This document shows positions 36,870 to 46,679 of a stretch of 64,000 nt of DNA, piece by piece. The translations under genes and the position numbers were made by a program. The notes below the pieces were generated by a model. That model was not told the origin of the DNA. It did not search any database and saw nothing but the letters and a program-made list of their open reading frames with translations. Every line of letters starts with the position of its first letter. Positions within the stretch are counted from its first letter, which is position 1. The DNA is from Octopus sinensis (lineage: Eukaryota): contig NC_043022.1 of the NCBI RefSeq assembly GCF_006345805.1, positions 2,790,001 to 2,854,000 of the forward strand, in the 5' to 3' direction.

Positions 36870-38633
36870 GAGTAAACACATAAATGTGAAACAAGGTGGA
36901 AAAAAGAGTACTCAAATACCAGTGGTAGAGTAATATGCTTTATTTAAAACAGCAGAAAATTCAACAAACCTGAAACTCAGAGTAACAGGTTTTGTTGAAT
37001 TTTCTGCTGCTTTAAATAAAGTATATGTGTGTGTGTGTTTGCGTGTCTGTATTTGTCCCCCCAACATCGCTTGACAACCGATGCTGGTGTGTTTATGTCC
37101 CCGTTACTTAGCGGTTCGGCAAAGAGACCAATAGAATAAGTACTGGGCTTACGAAGAATAAGTCCCGGGGTCGAGTTGCTCGACTAAAGGCGGTGCTCCA
37201 GCATGGTCGCAGTCAAATGACTGAAACAAGTAAAAGAGTAACTCACTCAGCCTTCTTACACACACTGTCTTACAGCAAGTTCTTTCAGTGGTCTTTGTGG
37301 TGGCCATGTGGTATACACAAATTAGGGATTAAGAAATACTGCATAAATTCTCTTACAGCTGTTTCTAGAATAGCTGTGCATGGGTCAGTGAAACAAATAT
37401 TTCCATACGAGCCAACTCATTGGGCCAAAGATACCTTAATCAAACAAGAATTACGTTGTCGTCAAGGGATCCCATGTTACCTTTTACAATCAGATCTCCT
37501 GCAAGTTATCTTTCATCATCAGTGATAAAGAATTAACGAACATCTTTATATGTAAAAGTGAAGTTGTGTGAGTGTCTGTCTCCTATGATTTAGATTCCTA
37601 ACTACTCCCACATTTTGCGGTGCAGTTTAACCAAAAACCGGGTATCTTATAGTCGTGATTCATATCGAGCCCTTCTGGGTATTAGCGCTCATCTACGATG
37701 AGTCTACGATTTTTAAAAAGAATTTACCATCATTTTTTTCCCATTTTTAATGCATTTTTTTGCTATAACTCTCTAAAAATGCTTATATAGTTATTTCCCT
37801 TACAAACCCGAGCAATGCCGGGCGATACTGCTGGTCCCTTATAAAGGATATTAGTAGTTACCGGTTCCATTGTTGAAGAATTATGGAATATTTTTTGTAA
37901 AAGACGATAGTAATCACTAGTTCAAGGAAATGAGATCACCTCTGGGTTCAATCTGCTCTAAAGGTGGCATTTTGAAAACGGTGAGAGGACACTTAGGAAT
38001 TGTGATCTAGGCCGAAACACTTGCTTGGTGAGAGTTCTTCTGAGAATTTCTTCTCCTGTCTGCTTTCTCTTTAATGAGTTTCCTCCTAATTAAAAGCTTT
38101 TCTATTTGCTTGTACGAAATAACAACTAAATATTTGTATGAAATATATATGACTTGACGACCTCGTTAATACACCAATAGTTGTCTGTGTGTATCTGGGA
38201 TGTGTGAAGCCAAGAGATTGCCCCCTTTTTTTTTTCTCTTCTTTTTTTCTTTCTAAGCTGAAATATTCAAATGTATTTGATGTAGAATCAACAACAAAAT
38301 TCTCACTGTTAAGAAAAATGGTTTCTAAATGACCAGGAAAACTTTGAAGGATTGCTTCTGCCCAATGGCAGAATATCTACTTTTTTCCCTTTTTCTATCT
38401 GAAACTGTTTTTCAACACAATATTTATATGCTATCATTTATAACTTTATCTGCTTCAAGCTCCGCTGTTCCAAAATAAAAAGTACACACTGTGTGGCAAG
38501 AAGCTTGCTTCTCAACCACATGGTTCTGAGTTCAGTCCCACTGCGTGGCACCTTGGGCAAGTGTCTTCTACTATAGCCTCAGATGTGACCAATTTTTGTA
38601 AGTGGATTTGGTAGATGGAAACTGAAAGAAGCC
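34964..38633. repeat. Tandem duplication, period ~1.84 kb
   Basis: 34964-36801 is repeated at 36802-38633. Paired ORFs lie at offsets of 1840-1841. Differences are mostly homopolymer indels, one C/T change and a ~25-bp deletion. Confidence 0.95.
35097..35181. repeat. 36-bp inverted repeat (1 mismatch, 13-nt spacer) in a short PLE-like insert inside a SINE; duplicated near 36937-37021
   Basis: CTTTATTTAAAACAGCAGAAAATTCAACAAAACCTG / CAGGTTTTGTTGAATTTTCTGCTGCTTTAAATAAAG. The flanking GAGTACTCAAATAC...GTAGAGTAA resembles, in reverse, the flank of the 18640 hairpin. Confidence 0.85.
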
Positions 38634-38892
38634 TGTTGCATGTGTGTGTGTATACACACACATACTCACATACACACACAATAGGCTTCCACACAGTTTC
38701 CATCTACCAAATTCACTCAAAGCATTAGACTGCAGTAGATGACTTTGCTCAAGGTGTCAGACAGTGGAACTGAATCCGAAATCCCATGCTTACGAAGCAG
38801 GCTTTTTTTCTTTACCCCCACAGCCATGTGTGCACCTATTAATTTTTAAAATATTTTTTTTGAATTAGTGTTTTATTAACAAAGAGAAAGAA

Positions 38893-39292
38893 GGCGCAGG
38901 AGTGGCTGTGTGGTAAGTAGCTTGCTAACCAACCACATGGTTCCGGGTTCAGTTCCACTGTGTGGCACCTTGGGCAAGTGTCTTCTGCTATAGCCCCGGG
39001 CCGACCAATGCCTTGTGAGTGGATTTGGTAGACGGAAACTGAAAGAAGCCTGTTGTATATATGTATATATATATATATGTATGTGTCTGTGTTTGTTCCC
39101 CTAGCATTGCTTGACAACCAATGCTGGTGTGTTTACGTCCCTGTCACTTAGCGGTTCGGCAAAAAGAGACCGATAGGATAAGTACTGGGCTTACAAAAAG
39201 AATAAGTCCCGGGGTCGATTTGCTCGACTAAAGGCGGTGCCCCAGCATGGCCGCAGTCAAAGGACTGAAACAAATAAAAGAGAGTAAAAGAG
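38893..39292 (+). mobile_element. CORE-type SINE, full length
   Basis: AGGCGCAGGAGTGGCTGTGTGG head through GACTGAAACAAATAAAAGAG tail. Confidence 0.85.
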
Positions 39293-40019
39293 AAAGAAGC
39301 CAAAATCCCAAGAGTTTGCAATTTATCTTCACTCAGTTGAATTCCAGGCTGTTTTGAAGTTGTCTCCCTTTAATTACAGTTTTCATGATTTGACTGACGT
39401 GTGTGTGAGTGATTATAAATTTGTTAGTTCTCTTTAGAAATGACACTTCAGCTGCTTCTCTCTGAGATATTTCAAGGCCATTTTCATGCTACAAACGGAC
39501 AGGACTCTTATATTAATTGCTGGTAGGGACACCATAATACACTACCAAGTTTATTAAACCGTTTGTCATATTTCTGTTGAGATGTTCTGTTTCTTTCAAT
39601 TAATTTAAAATATAACAAAGAATTTAGTAAAATAACTTCGTTATCATTCAGCTAGTGTTAGGAACATAAATTGTGACAAAGGTTTGGTGGAAGATTTTAA
39701 TTCAGAATTTTTGAAAACAAGACATTTGTACTACAGAGCCAAAGGTGGATTCAGGTGGGTTGGTATCAAAAAGGTTAATTTGCAGATTTTGTTTCACATA
39801 GTTGTTTGACTTGTTAGAAATAGCAGCCAAATTTTGTGCAAATTGAAGACACATTTGACTGACTGTCTTTAGCCCTTTTCATTACTGTATTTCTGTTGAG
39901 ATGCTCTGGGTTTCTTTCAATTCATTTTAAATATAACAAAACTTAGTTATCATTAAGCTAGTGTTAGGAACATAAATTGTGACCAACAGGGTACTTAGAA
40001 GTAGTTGATAGCTTCCGTT

Positions 40020-40808
40020 GTCTAGGTGACCAAATCTGCAGCAGAGGTGGATGCTGCAAGAGTGTAGCCTCTAGAATAAGAATAGGCAAAGTTCAGAGAG
40101 CTTCTGCTTTTGTTGGTAACTAAGGACCTCTTACTCAGAGTGAAAGGCAGACTGTATGATGCCTGTGTGCAAGCAGCCATGCTACAAAGCAGTGGAATAT
40201 GGTCTGTGACTGCTGGGGAAATGTGTAGGCCTGAAAGAAATGAAGCTTGTATGCTTCGCTGGATGTGCAATGTCAGTGTGCAGCATGTATGACCGTGTAA
40301 ACTTCTTGAGAGAAAAATTGGGTATACAAAGCATCAGATGGGGTGTGCAAGAGAGACAACTGCTCTGGTATGGTCACGTGATGGGTAGACGAGGGTAGCT
40401 ATGTAAAGAAGTGCCAATCTCTGTGGAGGGAACCTGTGGAAGAGGTAGACTGAGGAATACCTGGGACCAGGTGGTGAAGCTTGATCTTTGAACAATGGGC
40501 CTCACAGAGGCAATGACAAGTGATCGAGACCTTTAGTGATATGCTCTGCTCAAGAAGACTTGTCAAACCGAATGAAATCATAATCATGGCCAATATTGGT
40601 GACACATAACTGGTACCTACGCCTGTGGCATGTAAAAAGCACCCATTACATTGTTGGAGTGGTTGGCATTAGGAAGGGCATCCAGCCATAGAAACCATGC
40701 CAAATCAGACTGGAACCTGGTGCAGTTCTCTAGCTTACCAGTTCCACTCAAACTGTCTAACCCATGCCAGCATGGAAAGCAGTCCCTAAATGATGATGAT
40801 GATGACGA
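40020..40808 (+). mobile_element. 5'-truncated, degenerate RTE-clade LINE: end of RT/thumb region plus 3'UTR and (GAT)n tail
   Basis: Frame-broken translation ...LRVKGRLYDACVQAAML...MLRWMCNVS...WYGHV...GTCGRGR is typical of RTE/BovB C-termini. It runs directly into the GTAAAAAGCACC...TTAGGAAGGGCATCCAG...(GAT)n 3'UTR. Confidence 0.85.
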
Positions 40809-40903
40809 TATATATATATATAGATCGCCATGTTGATTCGCTAGCTTCTGCACGCATTTTTTTTTTTCTCTCCTTGTTTCTTTCTGTGTTTCTTTTCTGT
40901 GTA

Positions 40904-40941
40904 TCTTTCTGTTGAAGAGCGTAGGCTCGAAACGTAAAAGA
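40904..40941 (+). ncRNA. Minimal hammerhead-like motif with core variant CUGUUGA, in a PLE-type repeat tail
   Basis: Stem I TCTTT/AAAGA; CTGTTGA 40909-40915 plus A; stem II GAGC-GTAG-GCTC; GAAA; palindromic ACGT; GUA triplet. Confidence 0.5.
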
Positions 40942-41564
40942 CTTGTTTTATTTATATTCCTGGGCGCCATACTAATACAATTGTTTGTTTATATTCCACC
41001 TGCCTTCGTCTTTTGTTTATTTTCATAAAGTTTCCCTATATATATATATATATAGTTCTTTAGCCTGGGGTACTGGTGTTTCTCCTTTCCCTACCCACTG
41101 TCTTCGGCGCTTGACATTTTTATAGAGAATGTGACAGCAAAGAAGAGCACACGTTCAATCTCTGCATAAGATTAGACTTGGAAAATTTGGGAAGGACCCA
41201 TGGACCCAATTTGCTGACTTTTCTGCTGGCACGCAGGTGTTGATCAATGGTTGAATGACCAAATCCAAGCTTCTCTGCTAGGTCCTCAACAGTTACAATG
41301 GGATTTTATTCCACCAGGATTTGCAGGACATCTTCGTTAAGCTCTACAGATCTTCCAGGACGAGGCTCATCTCGGCTGTAGTTTACGGCTCAGAATTTCT
41401 GGGACCACCACTTATGCATATTATTCAATTCCCATATACTGCATTAATATTCCTTATACTTTTCATTGTATTGTTGCCTTTATTGAACTCATAAAGCAAA
41501 ATATACCAAATAAGTAATGGGGTTGATTTGTTCGACTAAAGGTGGTGCTCCAGCATTGCCGCAG

Positions 41565-41614
<50 letters not shown>

Positions 41615-41810
41615 GAAAAAACAAGTCAAAAATAGAAAATGCTAAAATAATTTTATAGTGAACATTTCAGTACCGGTTTCAGTATATATATATATATGTA
41701 GTAACAGAAAAGGGGAATTTTGGTTGTCCTCATGTGGTGGATTGTAATGTATATAAGAAAAATAAAAACGGAAAATACGCACACTTACATGCTTATAGTA
41801 TAATTTTTAA

Positions 41811-41847
41811 TGTATCGACCGGTTTCGCAATCGCTATTCATGATACA
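41811..41847 (-). ncRNA. Degenerate minimal hammerhead motif (PLE-type)
   Basis: Minus strand reads TGTATC-ATGAATA-GCGATTGC-GAAA-CCG-GTC-GATACA: perfect 6-bp stem I and an ACCGGT palindrome, with two core substitutions relative to CUGANGA. Confidence 0.45.
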
Positions 41848-42299
41848 GTGTTTAATTTATATGAAAATATATTTTTTCTTGGGTCCATGTTGTTTATAAT
41901 GATATTCATGAGTGAATGATTTTACAAGTTGACAAGTAAAGGGAGGTAATTGGTTGTTATTATTGTTATCATCATCGCTGCCATTGTTTAACATCCACTT
42001 TCCATGCTGGCATGGGTTGGACGGTTTGACTGAGGGCTGATGAGCCAGAAGGCTGCAGCAGTCTCACACACAGTAATCTCTCGACTATCGCAGTTGTTGC
42101 ATTCCAAAAACCCCCAGAATAGGTGAAAATCCACAAAATATAAACAGTACTGTACGGTATATTCTTTCTCATTTTTATAATTTCTTTATATTTATTTTAT
42201 TACAAATGCAAAACAACACCAGAGAGGAATCAACGTAAGCTTAAATAATAAACTGCAATATGGCGAGGGATTACTGTGTATATGTGTGTGTGTGTGTGT

Positions 42300-42770
42300 A
42301 TGCCTTATGCATGCCTTTCCTCCCTTGGACACAAAGACCTGTTGAGGCAAGCAAAGTCGATATCGAACCTCATCCGACGACAGGCACCTATGCCAACCCC
42401 CCTTTGCTTGCGAAGACCTGTTGGGGCAAGTGAAATCGAAATTGAACCACCCGGCAGATGCCAGGACCCCTGGACTGGTGGTACGTAAAAAGCACTATCC
42501 GAATCGTGGCCGATGCCAGCGCCGCCTCGACTGGCTTCCGTGCCGACTGGCACCAATCCGACCGTGGCAGCCTCGCCTGGCACCTGTGCGGGTGGCATGT
42601 AAAAAGCACCCACTACATTCACGGAGAGGTTGGCGTTAGGAAGGGCATCCAGCTGTAGAAACATTGCCAGATAAGACTGGAGCCTGGTGCAGCCTCCTGG
42701 CTTCCCAGACCCCGGTCGAACCGTCCAACCCATGCTAGCATGGAGAACGGACGTTAAACGATGATGATGA
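42300..42770 (+). mobile_element. RTE-LINE 3'UTR fragment (long form, two internal modules)
   Basis: Starts with TTATGCATGCCTTTCC..TTGGACAC, shared with the 57800 LINE end, and finishes with the standard (GAT)n tail. Confidence 0.8.
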
Positions 42771-43185
42771 TATATACATACTTCCTTTCACTCGCAGCTT
42801 TCTACAAGTCCACACGACTTTTTCTTGCGCCTCTGAATTTTTCCATCGTCTACGCTTAAAAAAAGCCCTCAATGTTGGTTTCATTGTCCTGTTTTTATTC
42901 TTTATGTGTACTGTATTTTTTTTTTGTATTTTCCTTGTTTTTACCCCTCTGCAAAGGAATTTTATTTAATTCTTTTGCAGGAAGGACTGTTTCGGCCTGG
43001 CCGTGTTCTGTCCTAACCTTCGAAACACGCATTGAGTCGAACCAGGGGCAGCTGATGAAGGGGAATGTTCCTTGTGTTGTTTGTCTTGTACTCTGTTTTT
43101 TCATTGTTAAAAAAAGTCCATTTCCTAGTTTGTTATTATGTTTTCGTTTCTCGTTGAGTTCTACGTCTATTTGTGGTGTCCTGTA

Positions 43186-43235
<50 letters not shown>

Positions 43236-43291
43236 TGTATATATACATGTAGATGTAGGTACGTACATACATGTATGTATGTATGCATATA

Positions 43292-43341
<50 letters not shown>

Positions 43342-43714
43342 CACCGCCTCGACTGGCTTCTGTGCCGGTGGCACATAAAAAGCATCAACCAATCGTGGCC
43401 GATGCCAGACGCCCATGGCACCTGTGCAGGTGGCACGTAAAAAGCATCCACTACACTCGCGGAGTGGTTGGTGTTAGGAAGGGCATCCAGCTGTAGAAAC
43501 ACTGCCAGATCAGACTGGAGCCTGGAGCAGCGCCTGGCTCCCCAGACCCCGGTAAAACCGCCCAACCCGTGCTAGCGCGGAAAACGGACGCTAAACGATG
43601 ATGATGATATATATATATAACCCTTATGAGACTAAGTAGTTTTTGTTGTTTTCCAAATACATTGAATATATTTATTATTTAATTTTCTTTTCCTTTCTTT
43701 TCTGATTTTTGCAG

Positions 43715-43913
43715 AAATTGTGGTAAGGTGTTCTGTGGTAAATGTGCCAACACTTACATGCCAATTCCTCACCAACAACTGCTAGAACCAGCCAGAGTCT
43801 GCCGCAGCTGTTTACCAAAGCTACAGAACTCCTTTCCAGATAACTATGGTTTTTTCGCATTTGAACAGCCACTCGTAGCAGCTGCTGCAGCCGCTGGTGC
43901 ATCTTCTAATTGA
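43715..43913 (+). CDS. MTMR3: Terminal coding exon of MTMR3/4-like gene: C-terminal half of FYVE domain to stop
   Basis: Long pyrimidine tract plus ttgcAG acceptor (43713-43714). CG+A completes the Arg of HHCR, then NCGKVFCGKCANTYMPIPHQQLLEPARVCRSCLPKLQ...ASSN-TGA (43911-43913). This supplies the remaining Zn-ligand Cys residues (8 in total) and the RVC motif. Confidence 0.95.
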
Positions 43914-43970
43914 GCAGATTGCATCTTGAAATGCGCACTCCAAAAATGCACACACACACATACACACTCC

Positions 43971-44017
<47 letters not shown>

Positions 44018-44656
44018 ATCCTTTTTCTCTCTCTCTCCCCTTTTTATTGCTATACACTGAAGTTTGTGTGCGTGTGTGTGTGTGTGCATATATATGCATC
44101 ATATTTTGTATATATGCGCGAGTGTATGTGTGTATATGTATATATTCTGTGTAGATGCATTTGTGTGCATGAGTGTGTGTACCTGTATATATATGTGTGT
44201 GTGCGTGTGTCCATATATATATATATGTATATATTTATATATATGTATGTATGTATGTGTGTATATCCAGTACCACTCCCCCTTGCCTGCTACAGTATTT
44301 ACCATTGTTAGTTCTGTAGCAAAATTTGGTGAGAAAATCTTTTAGGGAATATCTTGGACAATTTTTATTTCTGAGTAATTTTCCACCACACCTGCCTACC
44401 CCCCCAGCTCCTGCGTTCTTCTATTCTGCATTAGTATCTCCTCTATACCCTCTTGTATATATGGTGTACATATATATATGTATGTATGTATATATGTATG
44501 TATATATGTATATATATATATATATATGTATATGTATATGTATATATGTATATGTGTATATATGTGTATGTGTATATATGTATATGTGTATATATATATG
44601 TGTATATATGTATAAATATGTATATGTGTATATATATGTGTATATATATATGTGTG

Positions 44657-44694
<38 letters not shown>

Positions 44695-44767
44695 TATATG
44701 TGTATATATGTATATATATATATGTGTGTGTATATATGTATGTATATATATATATGTGTGTGTATAT

Positions 44768-44822
<55 letters not shown>

Positions 44823-44844
44823 TGTATGTATATATATATGTATG

Positions 44845-44884
<40 letters not shown>

Positions 44885-45028
44885 TGTATGTATATGTGTA
44901 TATATATATATATATGTATATATATAAATGTATGTATGTAAGTGTTGGGGTGTATATATTTGTTGCCATACTCGTATCGAGTTTAGCAACCAATCTTATG
45001 TATTAACATGCATGTATATATGTATGTG

Positions 45029-45075
<47 letters not shown>

Positions 45076-45831
45076 GTATGTCTGTATACACACACACACA
45101 AATGTGTATTTATACATGGGTGCGCATGCAAGTGCTTGTATGCATGCATGTGTATGTATGTATGTGTGCGTGTGTATATATATATATATGGATGTATGTA
45201 TCTTGAATGGTACAGGTTGTGTTTTGGTTTCTTTCCTTTTTTTTTTCTCACCCCCCCCCCCCCCACCTTTTTTTTTTTTAAACTTTTACCAATGTTGTCA
45301 ACAAAAAACGTCTAGAATTTATCAACTGAAAATATGGAATTAAACTTTCAAGTGACCATGTTTTAAAAAAAAAAAAAAAAAAAAAAAAATGAAGATAAAC
45401 CAAACCATGAAATAAGGAATCAAAGACTTACTGGAAACGGAACCTAAATTTTTTTTTTAATGGACATAGTGTTTTTTCTGTTTTTTTTTGTTTTTTTTTA
45501 AACTACCCACTTCTCCCCCCTCTTCTCTTTGGAAGCAATGACACTCTGTCTGACTCGATCTCCCTCTCTCTCTCTCTCTCTCTCTCATCTTTTTCTCCTT
45601 CTTCCCCTCCTCGTCTTGGCTTAACCAAGTTCGCTGAAGTTGTGAAACGGGAAAAAAAAAAAAAAAAAGGGGGTTTATGATTATTTCGAACGGAAGACCT
45701 GACTGTTATTTTTTTTTTTTTTCTCTTCTGCTCCACATCTCTGAATACGATACAAAAAGAAGACGACAAACAAAATCTCACTATGTTAACAGTTCTATTT
45801 AATTTTAACAATAAACAAACCTTAAAATAAA
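43914..45831 (+). other. Probable 3'UTR of the MTMR3/4-like gene
   Basis: Follows the stop codon. It contains only microsatellites and homopolymers, with no SINE/LINE copy, unlike the introns. AATAAA occurs at 45810-45815 and 45826-45831 (another at 46438-46443). The true cleavage site is unknown. Confidence 0.5.
44468..44938. repeat. Compound (TA)n/(TG)n/(TATG)n microsatellite in the putative 3'UTR
   Basis: Direct reading; source of the YIYM ORFs. Confidence 0.97.
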
Positions 45832-46526
45832 AAAAAACAACCCCTAAACAACTCCCCCCAACAAACCAACAACTTCTCTCTCTCTCTTTCTCTCTCTCTC
45901 TTCTCTCTCTCTCTCTCTCTCTCTCTTACCCTTTCTCTCTCGCTCTCTCTTTTATATTGTAATGGTTTGCTTGTTTCAGTCTTGTCCGAATAAGTTCCAC
46001 TTTATCTCGACAGAAGAAGAAGAAAGCAAGTCAAACTATTGATCATAAGATATTACATATTTCTGATTATATATACAAATGATTATATATATATATATAC
46101 ATATGTATAAATATATTTATATATGTATATATATATGTTACACATTATACATACATTGCCATTTTTAATTAGGGCAGTTTTTTTTTTTTCGTTTTTTTTT
46201 AACTTTTTTTTATTTTCAAATTAATGTTTTTGAATTCAAAGAACTGGGGGAAAAGTTTGGACTATACAAATGGGCCTACAGAACGGTTTTTGGATTTTTT
46301 TTTTTTTTTTACAGCTAACGAATGTAAAAAAAAAAAAAGGAAAAAGAAGGGTAGAAAAAAGAAGAAAAGTAGCCGTTTTTTTTTGAAAGCCAAGAAGAAA
46401 TGGTGATGCCAAGTGAGATACCTCGGAGTTATTTGGAAATAAATCTAAAGAACAAACTGTGTTTATTGGTAAAAATATATCAATTCCATTCCTGTCTTGT
46501 TTTTGCCGTTTATTTTATATTTGCAG

Positions 46527-46662
46527 AATTGTCAAGGAATCTGTTGATGATGACAACCAGCAGCAGGAGGTGGGCAGAGTGCTGACCACTGGCCAAGGGC
46601 ATATAGGACACAAGGCTACTGCAAGACTACATGTCCATGCTATGGGTTCAAATGGTGGCTAG
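46527..46662 (+). CDS. Candidate alternative terminal exon (phase 2) that would replace the second half of the FYVE domain
   Basis: Acceptor tttattttatatttgcAG|A has the same phase as the true terminal exon. It reads (R)IVKESVDDDNQQQEVGRVLTTGQGHIGHKATARLHVHAMGSNGG-TAG in non-repetitive sequence. There is no homology or transcript evidence. Confidence 0.3.
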
Positions 46663-46679
46663 ATTATTAGTTGATGGCC

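Noticed and set aside
42975-43075. Possible type II hammerhead (CGAAAC ... TC ... CTGATGAAGGG)
   Set aside because: The core words are present but stems I and II do not pair convincingly by eye; it needs an Infernal search.
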